Shown here: piece after piece, positions 1 through 12,230 of the stretch
Layout of the letters: each line of letters opens with the position of its first letter
Position numbering within the stretch: the first letter of the stretch is position 1
Source of the DNA: Camelus dromedarius
Lineage: Eukaryota
Direction: 5' to 3'
Assembly (NCBI RefSeq): GCF_036321535.1
Contig: NC_087459.1
Location: 4,154,001-4,218,000 of the forward strand
DNA: 64,000 bases
Notes under the pieces: generated by a model
Databases searched by the model: none
The model's input: only the letters and a program-made list of their open reading frames with translations
What the model was told of the DNA's origin: nothing
Translations under genes and position numbers: made by a program

Positions 1-32
1 GACCAGCTCCTAGATGTGGCAGAAATGACAGC

Positions 33-81
33 GATGATGGTGATGGGGATGATGATGAGGATGATGATGGTGATGTTGATG
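33..81. repeat. Degenerate (GAT/GGT)n trinucleotide microsatellite
   Basis: gatgatggtgatggggatgatgatgaggatgatgatggtgatg; explains the Met-rich ORF 16..207. Confidence 0.85.
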
Positions 82-207
82 TATTTATTTATTGAGTGCT
101 TACTGCATACTGTGTTGATAACTCTGTACTCTATCTCACTTAACTTTCTTAACACTATGTTGGGTGCTCTATATCTCCATTTTACAGATGAGGGGACTGA
201 GGCTTAG
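82..207 (-). mobile_element. MIR SINE fragment
   Basis: tttattgagtgcttact...ccattttacagatgaggggactgaggcttag matches the reverse MIR core. Confidence 0.8.
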
Positions 208-834
208 TTGCAGTTATTCCCCACTACCAAGAGCTCAATTCCTGGTTACCTGTACATCTAGGACAGCATCCTCAGGGGAAGGCTAGGGAATAATCTCCCT
301 AGCTATCTCACTCTAACTATGACTTGTCTTCTGAGAGTGGCTTAATTTCTGAGTCTCACATCCATTCACACAGATCTTGGCACAAGGAAGAACTACTTCT
401 TCCTGGGAAGGCCATGGTTATATACAAAACATTAGCATGGGACACAGGAGGCCCCAGAATTCATCCACACAGTGGGAGAAGGTGGCTCTGTCATAGCATC
501 CAATGAATGTTAGCGCTGAGTAGGAGAGACTTGCTGGCCATCTAAAACCAGGTAATGTCTTGCTTTCCCACGTTTGGACCTCATGATAGCCATTTGGCCT
601 TAAATACCCAGAGATTATAAGCTCATTGAATCTTGGGGAAACTTGAAAGTCTAAAAAATTAAATGATCTCGCCCAGGTCATTGTGCAAGTTGGTGAATCT
701 AAGTCATGTCCGTGTATTTTTAGTCCCTTGCATCACACCACCTCTCCTGCGGAGGGTTCTTGTGTAGGAAACCAGGATGGGTCTTTTGCTTGGATGAGGT
801 CATGGGTATACAAAGAGTTACAAATGCACTGAAT

Positions 835-985
835 GCAGATTCTGCCACTTCTTCACTGTAACATTGGGCAGCTCATTTAACTGCTCTGACCTCAGTTTTA
901 TTATCTGTAAAATGGGACATCGTATGCTTACTATCCCCTTATATAATGTTTTTAAAATGGGAAAATGTTAGAGTGCTTTGTAAAT
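835..985 (+). mobile_element. MIR SINE fragment
   Basis: tctgccactt...ctcagttttattatctgtaaaatggg core. Confidence 0.75.
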
Positions 986-1782
986 CGCATCTTTCTGAAC
1001 AAAGTGTTTCAAATAATTTTAATACAAGATGGGTTTCTGTGCTGGCTAATGGCTATATTCTATTTCCCCTCCCCAACTACCCATTTCTACTCCCCTCCCC
1101 ACTCTGGGATCTGGGCCCTCCAGGAATTTTATCAGCTGACTCTCGCCCTTTAGCTTCTAATTGGGTTTGCCAGATGGAAGATAATGCCAGGAGAGCTGAG
1201 GTTTGGATGGGAGTGTAAGCCTGGGGTATTCATTTTCCAGATTCTCTTCCTGCCAGGACATGGTGAGTTGGCCTGTCCCCCTACTGAAGGCCACAGCTCT
1301 ATCAGGCAACCCTTTCACACCCTCCCTCACCTGCTCCTGTGGGCTTAAGGTTAGTAACAGCTCCTTCTGTAACTATCCCCAGGCTACCAGACTGTGCTTT
1401 ACTGGTTTCCATAAATCTTGCTCCTTCTTTTGTTAACTGTCTGTTTGTTAAACCTTACCCAGTTTCAGTAGGCCATGTCTGCTGGGACTCTGACTAATAT
1501 TGGCCCTTTGAGATAACCGAGGCACTTACTACCTACCCCAATATATAGATGAGACCTCCCCCAATTACAACTGAAACCCACTGTGGTAAAGAAACTTGCC
1601 CAAAGTTACCCCACAAATCAGTGGAAGATTCCCAAATACTAATCAGAGTCTTCTGATTCTAAGGCCAGGTTTTTGTTGAGAATATCAAACTTCATTCCAA
1701 TAGAAAGTAAACCCCATGAGGCTTGGGATATTTACAAAGAAAAGACGAGAACTAATTGCAGGGCCCATGGACATATCTTTGA

Positions 1783-2225
1783 TGAAAGAGTGAACCTACA
1801 AAGGGACAATGGCCAGGCCATACGAAAAAATAGAATTCGCAACCACAGCCTGCAGCAACCACCCTAGGAAGCCAAATTATTGCAGTAATCAATCCCAAAT
1901 GGCTAGTGCTTGATCAATAATTGATGATTTTCCTAATTTTTGTCCCCACTTCCAATTTAGGGCAAATTGGAGAGAGCCAAATATGTGCTCCTAACCAATC
2001 ACACAGGATGCCCTACTTCTAGTTTGCCTGCCTCCAGATCCCCATGCCAACAGCCTCCATACCCATAACCTCCTCCTTTTTCCATTGTAGAGCTTTCCTA
2101 CTCCTCTGCCTGCCTTGGAGTCTCTGCCAAACATAAATGATGGTGGCTAATCCCTTTGCTACACTAAGCTCTGAATAAATAATCTTTGCTTGTTCTTATT
2201 TGGATGGTCTTCATTTATTTCTACG
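1783..2225 (+). mobile_element. ERV1-class solo LTR (MER34-like, subfamily tentative)
   Basis: Starts TG (tgaaagagtgaacc...ggacaatggccaggcc); ends gctctgaataaataatctttgcttgttcttatttggatggtcttcatttatttctac with a poly(A) signal; no PBS or internal sequence follows. Confidence 0.7.
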
Positions 2226-2509
2226 CTGGGATTCACCCGATTAAAACCAAACTGATTCTATAGAGTACCACCAAACCGGCTGGTAGACAAGCTTGAAATG
2301 TTCAGGAAATTGGTCAACACACTGGATGAAGCACCCACTGAGGGTTACCAGCTGCCATGCTGTGGCTGTCAGCAGCTAAGTTATCCCGTCTGGTAAGGGT
2401 TCACTGAGTAGAAGTATGCCACTACCAAGTGGCAGTCCATCTACTGCACAGTCCAAGGAGGATGTGAAAAGAGAAAGATACCTCAGTTAATGAGAACTCA
2501 CTAAGTGAA

Positions 2510-2690
2510 TCACTTTCCTCACGTAATCTTGTTGAATTTGCACAACACTACGGTTTATGACAGGCACCATTTTTTAATTTTAGATGAGGACACTCAGGCT
2601 TAGAGAGTTGATGTGATTTGCTCAAGGTCAGGTAGCTACCAGAGTGGCTGGGCTGAAGTTCAATCCTGCCTTCAATGCCCATGTCATCTT
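2510..2690 (-). mobile_element. MIR SINE fragment
   Basis: tttagatgaggacactcaggcttagagagttgatgtgatttgctcaaggtca. Confidence 0.75.
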
Positions 2691-2931
2691 GTCTTCACTT
2701 CTGTCTTGGGTAATTAGGAATAATCATGAACACCAGATAATTCTGGTCAAAATTAGAGTTTTCCTCCTTGACTTAACTAAAGTAAGACCAATTCGTATGT
2801 TTTGTTGAGAGCTTTATGTTAATACTCATAAAACAATGAATGCAACAATATATAAATATGCTGATACATTCAAAATTTTTTAAGTTCATGCTCAGTTTTA
2901 CAGAATGCATTTTTTTTTTTTGTTCTTAACC

Positions 2932-3164
2932 CAGTGGTTCTCAGCTGGGGGTGATTCTGCATGTCCCCCTTCTCCTGGGAATGCATATGAATTGTCAATG
3001 TCTGTAGGTATTTTTGTCGTCACCACTGGGGATAGGTGTAGTATCGCTTCCAGTGGGTGGAGGCCAGGGATGCTGAAAAACATCCCACAGTACACAGGAC
3101 AGCCCCCAATAACAAAGAGTTATTCAGCCCCAAAAGTCAATACTACCAAGGGTGAGAAGTCCTG
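2932..3164 (+). mobile_element. MER20 (hAT-Charlie MITE), near full length
   Basis: cagtggttctcagctggggg...gaggccagggatgctgaaaaacatcc...ggtgagaagtcctg; both terminal repeats present. Confidence 0.9.
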
Positions 3165-3289
3165 GTTTAAACTCATCTAAAGTAAACTTAATATTGAACA
3201 TAGCACCTCAGTCCCAGCACAGGGTTTTATTTTCATAGAACGGAATCATCTCTTACCATTAAAATACAAAATGGCGCTACCATGATGAC

Positions 3290-3505
3290 TTGGGCCTTGG
3301 AGTCTAAAATAAAGCTCTTGCTCTGCATGTATAAGCTGAGTATCCTTGGGCAGGTTGCTTAATCACTCTGAGCTTCACCTTTTCTTATCTGTAAAGTGGG
3401 GTATTTTAATACTTATATCACTAGGACTCTGTGAGGATTAAGTGAAAAGAAACATATAAATGCTTTATGCAAGGCACAATATACAAGAGGTGATTAATAA
3501 TTTTG
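3290..3505 (+). mobile_element. MIR SINE
   Basis: ccttgggcaggttgcttaatcactctgagcttcaccttttcttatctgtaaagtgggg...gtgaggattaagtga. Confidence 0.8.
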
Positions 3506-4309
3506 GTACCTTGTTCCCTTTCCCCTTTGAGACAAATTGTATAACGTCCTCATTTCATTAAAAAAATTAAAAATGCATGGTAGGTGCCCCCATAGTATTT
3601 GAATCAGATAACAGTGCAAGCTTTAGTTCTAACTTGGTTATGGAAAATAGAGTTAAAAACTCACAAGGTGAAGTTACAACACAGCTGAAATCAGGCAGGT
3701 TCCAATTTGTTTCATCACATTGTGCCAAATTCTGAACTAGACTGCAGGGAGATAAGAGGAAGAAATAAGTCACGATTGTGGTCATCAGACACCCGGCTAT
3801 GAAAGGACAGTGGATGCCGAAGGAGAGGACACAGGAGGACAAAGTTAAATTGACTCTTGGAATAAGCTAGAATCCAACAAGGGGGAAAAAAACCCATCCG
3901 TTCAGAAACCAAACAGAATTATCTCACTGTGAAAGTGAGTCTACACAATTTATGAATCTTCCTTTTTATTTTTCCTGACTAAACTACAAAAACAGACAAT
4001 GCTGAAAGCATTTTAAATCCCAGTTGGGCTGAAAACATGATTGAAAGTGGAGGAATCAAATCAACTTAGTGCTGAGGTATTTCCAGTCCAGGTAAGGGGC
4101 TCAAACCTCTTTTTGCTGAAAGCCCACCAATGCGAAGGCCATTTCTAACATTTTAATAAACATTTAAAGAATTTTTTGGATAATATTTATGCCTGTATTG
4201 GAAACACTTCACCAATAAGTTTGTTTTTTATTTTATTTTTGTGTGTTTAAATGATTATACAATTTGGATTAGCATGACCTTCCACTTATTACCTGCTTTT
4301 CACTTCAAT

Positions 4310-4445
4310 GTACAACATTCTATTATGATGGAAATTCCCTAATTTACTTTCAACTATTCCTTTATTGAGAGGTACTTGGATTATTTCCAATCTGGGGCTT
4401 TCTAAACAGCAAGTAGTGAATATTTGTGTGCTTATATCTTTCTTA
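4310..4445 (-). mobile_element. Old L1M (ME/MC-type) fragment
   Basis: ttcctttattgagaggtacttggattatttccaatctgggg...gtgaatatttgtgtg resembles antisense L1 ORF2 end/3'UTR. Confidence 0.6.
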
Positions 4446-4450
4446 TTTTA

Positions 4451-5753
4451 TGATTGTCAAACTCTAGGATGACCGCTTTTGTGTCTCATCTCCTGGTAGT
4501 CTGGCAGTCATGGCCTTGTGTAATGTTCTTCCTTGGAGTAAAGTGCTTTTAACCAATATACTGTGGCGACGTGGAGGGGATATCCACAAGAGATTCTGAC
4601 TTCTGTCTTGCTGGAAGGCTCTTTCTATTGCCTTCTCAGTTTGCATGCTTTGCCGAAGCATGGTGCTGTTGAAGAGGTCCACATGGCAAGGAACTGAGGC
4701 CCTCAGTCCAACAGGCTTTAAGGAGCTGAATGCTGACAACAACCACTAACTGAGTTTGGAAGCAGATCCTTCCCCAGTAGAGCCTTCAGATGAGGCCTCA
4801 GCCCTGGCCAACATGTTAACTGCATCCTTATGAGAGACTGTGATGCAGAGCATCCAGTTAAGCCACAACCAGATTCCTGACTTACATCAAGATAATAAAT
4901 ATATTAGAGATAGCCAATAGGCACACGAAAAGATATTCAATATTGCTAATTATCAGAGAAATGCAAATCAAAACTACAATGAGGTATCACATCAAAATAG
5001 CCATCATTAAAAAGTCCATAAANNNNNNNNNNNNNNNNNNNNNNNNNNNNNNNNNNNNNNNNNNNNNNNNNNNNNNNNNNNNNNNNNNNNNNNNNNNNNN
5101 NNNNNNNNNNNNNNNNNNNNNNNNNNNNNNNNNNNNNNNNNNNNNNNNNNNNNNNNNNNNNNNNNNNNNNNNNGAGAAAACTCTAATTTGAAAAGATACA
5201 TGCACTCCAATGTTCATAGCAGCACTATTTTCAAGCCATAAAAAATAATGCCATTTGCAGCAACATAAGTGGACCTAGAGATTATCATACTAAGTGAAGT
5301 AAGTCAGATAAAGACAAATATCATATGATATCACTGATATGTGGAATCTAAAAAAAAAAAAAAAACGATACAACTAAACTTATTTACAAAACAGTAACAG
5401 ACTCAAAGACATAAAAAACAAACTTATGGTTACCAAAAGGGAAAGGGGGAGTGGAGGGATAAATTAGGAGTTTGGGATTAGTAGATATAAACTACTATGT
5501 ATAAAATAGATAAACAACAAGGTCCTACTGTATAGCACAGGGAACTATATTCAACAGTTTGTAATAACCTATAATGAAAAAGAATATGAAAAAGAACATA
5601 TATATGTATAACTAAATCACTATGCTATTCACCAGAAACTAACACAACATTGTAAATCAACTAAACTTCAATTAAAAAAGATAATTAATGTCTATGGTTT
5701 AAAGTCCCTAGGTTTAGGACTAACTTATTACACAGCAACAGATAACTAATACA
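4451..5753 (+). mobile_element. MLT1F/G-type MaLR LTR, split by an L1 insertion
   Basis: gaactgaggccctcagtccaacag...gaagcagatccttccccagtagagccttcagatgag (4690-4800); 3' end cagcaacagataactaataca resumes at 5678-5753. Confidence 0.85.
4901..5677 (+). mobile_element. 5'-truncated L1 (ORF2 C-terminus plus 3'UTR), cetartiodactyl/camelid type
   Basis: Translation [21 protein letters not shown] matches the L1 ORF2p C-terminus; 3'UTR agcacagggaactatattcaa; TSD aagataataaat (4889-4900) / aagataattaat (5678-5689). Confidence 0.95.
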
Positions 5754-5904
5754 AGTAACTAACAATTCAGTAGAGAAACTGAAAAATGTAAACAGGTATG
5801 TCTACTACAAGGGAGGACATTAGGAGGGCCAACAGAATTTTAGGGAATGGGCTGTGGGGACAAAAAGGCACCTTTAGCTGAGAGTGCTGAGAAATCTGCA
5901 AAGG

Positions 5905-6085
5905 CACTCATTCTTTTATTCAGAAACTATTTATTAAACATTTTCTGTGAGCCAGCACTGTGCTAAGGCTCAGGGGCTAAAATAGTGGAGACGACAAAGT
6001 TCTTTTTCTCTTGATGTTTATACCCTCTAGGGACAGAAACAGAAACTAAAGAGTATGTAAACAAATAAGCAAGATCACCTGTAGA
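5905..6085 (-). mobile_element. L2 3' fragment
   Basis: attcagaaactatttattaaacattttctgtgagccagcactgtgctaagg. Confidence 0.7.
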
Positions 6086-6299
6086 CACAGGTAGAGGAGG
6101 GAACGTGACAAAAGGTGATTAGTAGAGCTCCGTGGGTTCTTTGTTCCTGACGGGCAAGGAGAAAGTCTCACTGCGTAAATGCTGAAAACCATCTTTGGGC
6201 TGAACCTCAAACAGGTGAGGTTTCCTTAAACCCAGACGGGCAAGGGCCCTGCCCTCCCACCCCAGTTTTGGCTGTTGTGCTCCCCTGACTCCAGGCAGT

Positions 6300-6800
6300 C
6301 GATGACAATGGGAGGTGGGATTAGCCCAACAAAGGCAGTATATTGGTTCAGGCTTCCGTGGCTCCTAACGGCTGGATGATGGATGCTGTGGTGGAAAGGG
6401 GGACCCGCTTTGATGTACGCGGCCTGGTTTGATTAATGAGGGGCTCTGCCAGGAGGCTACGNNNNNNNNNNNNNNNNNNNNNNNNNNNNNNNNNNNNNNN
6501 NNNNNNNNNNNNNNNNNNNNNNNNNNNNNNNNNNNNNNNNNNNNNNNNNNNNNNNNNNNNNNNNNNNNNNNNNNNNNNNNNNNNNNNNNNNNNNNNNNNN
6601 NNNNNNNNNNNNNNNNNNNNNNNNNNNNNNNNNNNNNNNNNNNNNNNNCCCACCAGCCCTCGTTTCCCAGAGGAGAAAGCTGTCAGACACATTTCCTTCC
6701 TGCCCCCAGCGAGGCCCAGCACGAACCCCCAAGAATTCCAGGAAACAGCCCACAGTACTCCGGCACATACGCTGAGCACTGGCAAAGAGGGGAGATCTCG
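6300..6800. promoter_or_regulatory. Candidate conserved non-coding element with N-masked core (6462-6648)
   Basis: Non-repeat DNA; at least 12 CpGs in about 310 unmasked bp; SOX-type ACAATGG (6305) and ACAAAGG (6329); GGATTA (6318). Confidence 0.45.
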
Positions 6801-6859
6801 ATGGTGGGTTCAGTGTCCTGGTTTCTGATTCCTTTTTCCTAATCATGTACACAGGTATT

Positions 6860-7295
6860 ATAATCATTCATTCATTCCTCTGTTTATTCATTTTTTTTTT
6901 CATTCCACACACATTATTGAACGCATTTTATGGGCCAAGCACTGTGCTGAGAACTAGCAGTGGCCCAGCCTTCAAGAGCTGACTGCCTAGAGGGGGAGAC
7001 ACGTTAATCAGATAATCACACAGATAAACATAAAATTGCAACTGTGAGAAGAACTCTAGTATGAGGGCTGGGGCTTTCAGGATATGTAAGAGGGGGATTT
7101 GACTTGGCTGGGGGCTCAGATCTTTCAGGAGGTGGTGCCAGAGTTGAAAGGGTTTAATTAAGTGAAGGGTGTGGGGAGATGAGGAGGAGTGTCCAAGAGG
7201 TGGAGACAACGTGTGTAAAGGCCCTGTGGATGGAGTAAAGGTGATGCTCTGAAGGGATAGAAAGAAAGGCAATGTGGCTGAAGCTCTAGAATGAA
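6860..7295 (-). mobile_element. L2a fragment
   Basis: cattcattcattc tail; attattgaacgcattttatgggccaagcactgtgctgag...gtgtaaaggccctgtgg. Confidence 0.85.
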
Positions 7296-8109
7296 AGCAG
7301 ATTGATTTGGATTTGGGCTTTTGCTATGTGGGTGGCCATGGGGTTCTTAGTGTGTCTGCACCTCAGTTTCCTCACTTGAAAAATGAGGATAAAGTTTGTT
7401 GTCTTCCAGAAACACTGCGGTGGCTTCTCTCCCAAGTTCCCCTTGACCTTGCTTGGCAGTCTTTTTTCCCACCACTCCCGGCCATGGTGCTCCAGTTAAA
7501 CAGTATTATTTGCTTTTCCCCATGGGTTCCTCACAATTTCCAGCCTCTGTGCTGTCCCCACCACTCCCCACCAATCTCTGAAAGGCTTGCTTCCTCTTAA
7601 CCCACCTATGGGGCAAAAGTGGGAACAAAATTTGCTCGTGCATTTAGGCATCTAATCTGCTATCCATAGATGTTTACCAAGTCCTGTCACATGTGTACAC
7701 TATCCTTGAATGTTCATACTTATTTTAGGAGTTCATTTGTAAAATGACGGAAATATCTACCTTAATGCAATCTGTGAACTTCATACAAGTTTATATGTTG
7801 CTCAGAGTTCCCAATTCGTGAATCTTAGCCTGTGCCTTACCTGTGCTGTTTTATTTAATTCTCCTGACAACCCTTCCCAGTAGGTGTCACTCCGATCATT
7901 GAATGAATGATCAAACGAATGATATCAAATCAAGCGAACTATCAATGTTACATTACTTACCCATTGACACATATCTAGAAGCACGTGACAGAGCTGAGGC
8001 TGGATCTTTTCCAACACCTTCTATTTTTATGCACTGGGTCATGTGTTACTAACATAATTATTTGTTTTAGAAACAATAACCACTGCCACAGATTGAATCA
8101 TTAGGATAG

Positions 8110-8275
8110 GATAGGCATTGTGCTTGACGCCTTCCACGCACTAACTTGAACCCACCCAGGAAGGTAGAAACTATGATTATTTCCATTTTATACATGAGAA
8201 AACTGAGGCACAGGGGATTCAGTAATTTGCCCAAGATTATACAGCTGGTAAATAGGTAAGACTGGATCTATGGCC
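8110..8275 (-). mobile_element. MIR SINE
   Basis: ccattttatacatgagaaaactgaggcacagggg...aatttgcccaagattatacagctgg. Confidence 0.85.
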
Positions 8276-8899
8276 AGGCAAGAGATGCCAGAACCATCAC
8301 CTGTGAGGGACAGTCGCCTCCTTGTCAGTTTCGACGCTCAGGTACAAAAGCAACTTTCTTTTGATGAACCTCAAAGCCACCTTCTAAAGGTGGTCAGTGA
8401 AGCTGGTGAATGCAGGCACACAAAGGGTGTGACAAGGCCGTGCTGGCTTAGACGCCTTTACTTTGGGAGTCGGGGATTTTTCAGCTCAAGGCTCCTGTGC
8501 ACTGTCTAAAAAGAATGGACTAAATGGGAAAATCAATAATGCACACAGATGGTCCCAGAGATGTTTACACTATTTAAGAGAACAAATTATTCTGAAGCAC
8601 CTGGGATTCATTCTTTCCCATACAAAAGGAGAAAAGCAAGGGAATTACAGGTCATCCTTATCTATTCTTTGAAGCCGCTTCTCTAAGAGGCAATTATTCC
8701 ATGTTTATATATAGTTTGCATTGGTCATTTTCTATCACCTCCATAATGCCAATTAAGAAAATTTCACTTTACTACAATTTCCAGTACAGATAAAATGTAC
8801 AAAAGCATAGAATTCATCCAACAGACACTTACTGAGTGACTTCTATATGCCAAGAGCTGGGGCTAAGGAGAAACAGCCATAAAGGCAGAAATAATCAAG

Positions 8900-9076
8900 A
8901 TAACCACTTAACAGGCATTTAACTCTGCACCAAGTTTTTGCCTACAAATTCATTTAATCTTTACACAGGCCCAGGAGGTAGGTTCTATTATTATTGCCTT
9001 TTTCTAGAAGAGGAAACTGGGGCCCAAGGCCATGCATCTAGGATATGAAAAAGGCAGGATTTGAACCCAGGCAGTC
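8900..9076 (-). mobile_element. MIR SINE
   Basis: catttaatctttacac...gaggtaggttctattatt...gaggaaactgggg...gatttgaacccaggcagtc. Confidence 0.8.
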
Positions 9077-9199
9077 CGAAGAAGTCAAATAGTCCCTCTT
9101 CTGGAATGGCTTATCTACGCTGTGGAAAAGGCAGATGACAAACACTCACATGTACCAAAAAAGCAGGCAGAAAAGCCAACCAAACAAAATACACGTACC

Positions 9200-9540
9200 C
9201 ACATGTACAACAACAATACTGCAAAATTGTAGTGTGTTATAAATAAACAAAGAGAGATGAACCATAATGAGGGCAGTGGTCCTGAAAGTCCTCTTAGAGA
9301 ATTTATGTTGTAACCAAGGGAATGAGAAAGAGCAAGAGATGGGATGTTGGTGAAGATTTTAGTAATGGCGGGATGGAAGTTTCCAGAGAGAACTAGGTGG
9401 GTAAGGAGTCTGAGCTGGGAATAAGCTTAGACTGTCCAGGAAACTGAAAGAAGACCCTGCATAGGTAGGAATTAGTGATTTGAGTTGAGGGGAGTAATAG
9501 AGGTGAGGTGGGGAGAGGGTGGCACAGACCAGATCATGCA
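9200..9540 (-). mobile_element. L2 fragment
   Basis: agactgtccaggaaactgaaagaagaccctgcat...ggcacagaccagatcatgc. Confidence 0.6.
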
Positions 9541-9834
9541 ATGAGATAATTTACATAATTTACATGTTACAGTGCTTGGGACTTAATAGGCACTCACTGA
9601 ATGTTCATTTTTATGATCATTATGGTTATTCCATATTTTGTCCCATTGATTCTGATTTCTTTTAAATGATTTAAAGAAAACCAATGAAGAGTTTTTTTCT
9701 CTAAACATTTCCCCCTCTATCTACAGAGTTTATGCTTGTAGGATTTTGGAAGAATTCTAGCCAGGAAAACCTTGGGCCCATCCTGGGAGTAATGACCCAC
9801 AAGGTATGCCAGAGATGGTGCTGAGATGTATGTC

Positions 9835-10326
9835 TGAAAACAACTTAAATGTCCATTGATGGATGAATGGATAAGGAAAATGTGGTCTGTACATATAATG
9901 GAATACTATCCAGCCTTGAAAAAGAAAGCAATTCTGCAAGACGCAACAATATGGATGAACTTTGAGGTCGTCATGTTAAGTGAAATAAGGCAGTCACAGA
10001 AGGACAAATGTGATTCCACCTACATGAGGGACCTAAAACAATCAAATTTATAGAATCAAAGAGTGGAAGGGAGGTTGCCAGGGGCTGGGTAGGGAAGAAA
10101 TGGGGAGATACTAATCAATAGGCATAAAGTTTCAACTGAGCAAGAGGATTAAGCTCTAGAGACCTGCTGGACAGCAATGNNNNNNNNNNNNNNNNNNNNN
10201 NNNNNNNNNNNNNNNNNNNNNNNNNNNNNNNNNNNNNNNNNNNNNNNNNNNNNNNNNNNNNNNNNNNNNNNNNNNNNNNNNNNNNNNNNNNNNNNNNNNN
10301 NNNNNNNNNNNNNNNNNNNNNNNNNN
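9835..10326 (+). mobile_element. L1MB-type 3' fragment (end N-masked 10180-10326)
   Basis: ORF 9856..10053 DEWIRKMWSVHIMEYY...WMNFEVVMLSEIRQSQKDK matches the L1 ORF2p C-terminus; L1MB-like 3'UTR. Confidence 0.85.
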
Positions 10327-11199
10327 TTCAAGTCTGCAGTGTAGAGACTAAAGGGCAAGGACCACAGAGCCCAGCCAAGGGCTGCTTCTCTTTCACATGC
10401 ATGTCCTTACACTGTCCGTTAAGCCTCTCAGCAGAGATGACAGGAAGCTTGTTCCGAGAAAAACCTAAAGGCTTTATTTTAAGACCTTCTGTCAGGAAAG
10501 GCCCTTGGAGCAAATGCAACCACTCGACCGCATTCCTGAAGGTCAGACAGCAGCGACATGATCTGCTGGATTTGGGGAAACATTTAAAAAAGAAGAAGAA
10601 GGAAAAAAAATCATACCCTTCCTGAGGGATCATTTTTGTTTTTACTGAGAGCCCAGGAAAGACGAAAGAAAGTTCTGATAGGAAGGAATTAAAGGAAGAT
10701 GAAAACCTGCCTTTTCAGCTACTGTTGAAATTGTTCTTAAATCAAGCAGCAGTTTCAGACAGGGCCATGTAATTGATTATAAATGTTGGAATTCATTTCA
10801 ATAAGCCCTGTCATTCCTTAGCAGCTGTTTTACTTTACACCAAACCAACAAACAGAAGGAGGTGTTGGATGCAGTCTGTCTTCTGTCTTTACCTTTGATG
10901 AGTCTGAATTGTTTTTTTGAGAGATGATTCTGGCTGAGGCTTGCCAGAGGTGAGGCTCCTGTTTTTCCTCTTTGGCAGAGGAAGTGGCAGAGGGGTGACA
11001 AGGGCTGCCTTGGAGCAGCCTGTCTTCTCAGGGGCCCCAAGATGTCATGATTGGGGGCCACTCACTGTATCTCTTTTTCCAGAGCCAGAAAGAAGGGATA
11101 GTTATGTTTCCCCACATTTATCAGCTCAGGGAAACCATCCATGGGTTCTAAGAGAAAGCTCATCTTTTATCCTCATAAAAGCAGGGAGAGACAATGGGA

Positions 11200-11370
11200 A
11201 GGATGCTAGATTTAAGGTCTAGACTCCACTTCTCATGTCTTTGGTGAGGATTTTCTCACTATAAGATGGGGATACTGATGTCTGCATCCAGAACTGTTGG
11301 GAAGATTAAATTCATTGTTCCAGAGATGAAAGCCCCTGGCAAACAACAGGTGTTCAATACATGTTTAGCT
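11200..11370 (+). mobile_element. MIR SINE
   Basis: ttttctcactataagatggggatactg...gaagattaaa...gtgttcaatacatgtt. Confidence 0.65.
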
Positions 11371-11389
11371 GAATCTCAGTTTAAAAGCC

Positions 11390-11578
11390 ACCTTCCCTGT
11401 CTGCCATGTGAGGACACAGCAAGAATTCTGCAGTCCAGAAAAATACTCTCACACCTAGCCATGCTGGCATCCTGATCTTCAATTTCCTGCCTTCAGAATT
11501 GTGAGAAAGAAGTTTCAGGTGTTAAAAAGTCACCTGATCCGTGGTATTTTGTTATAGCATCCCCAGAAGACTAAGACA
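11390..11578 (+). mobile_element. MLT1A/B-type LTR, 3' half
   Basis: ccatgtgaggacacagcaag...atgctggcatcctgatcttc...gtggtattttgttatagca...ctaagaca. Confidence 0.85.
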
Positions 11579-11589
11579 GCTTCTCAGTT

Positions 11590-11980
11590 AAGTGTACATT
11601 TCCATGATCTCTGCAATTTTATATACTTCCTTCCATTGCAACCAAGATAGAGAACGTTCTATCACCCTAGAAAGCTCCTTTATACTCATCTCAGTCAACC
11701 CTCATCAATCCTTGAACACTGATGTGCTTACTAATACAGGTTATGCTTCTTTTCTGTAGTTTTATTTGATTTCACATCAATTTTAAAATCCAAAGACTAT
11801 TTGGGGCAATGGGTATGTTCTAAAACAAGACTGCAGTAATGGCTGCAAAAATTATTGAGCACTGTCCTTACAATGGATGAATTTTCTAATATGTAAGATA
11901 TACTTAATAAAACTATTAACATTATTATAAAAAACAAAAGCCATCTTCCATCTGTTCTGTGTCAGGTTGATCTCTCTGTG
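11590..11980. mobile_element. Old L1M fragments in mixed orientation
   Basis: Antisense accaagatagagaacgttctatcaccctagaaagctcc (11640-11700); sense 3' end gggtatgttctaaaacaagactgcagtaatggctgc...tacttaataaaact (11800-11925). Confidence 0.65.
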
Positions 11981-12019
11981 CACTAAACCTACGTGCCATC
12001 AGTCTTGCTCGCTCAGTGC

Positions 12020-12230
12020 TTAGCATGGGGCCATGAGAGATCTGAGTTCACGTCCTGAATCTGACTTTGGACCAGGTAGATCACTTCTTCTCTTTCTCTA
12101 ACAGCAAAATGGTGAAATAATCACTATCCATCTCTCAGGATAGTTGTTAGGTTTAAATGAGTTAACTGATGGGCAGGCATTTTGGAGTCTTTAAAACATG
12201 TTACAAATAGTTACGTTAGATGCTATTTTC
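12020..12230 (+). mobile_element. MIR SINE
   Basis: tctgagttcacgtcctgaatctg...gcaaaatgg...ctcaggatagttgttaggtttaaatgag. Confidence 0.65.

Noticed and set aside
16-207. Met-rich 63-aa ORF
   Set aside because: Translation of a (GAT)n microsatellite plus an antisense MIR.
9856-10053. ORF with real protein similarity (DEWIRKMW...MEYY)
   Set aside because: Decayed L1 ORF2p C-terminus, not a host gene.
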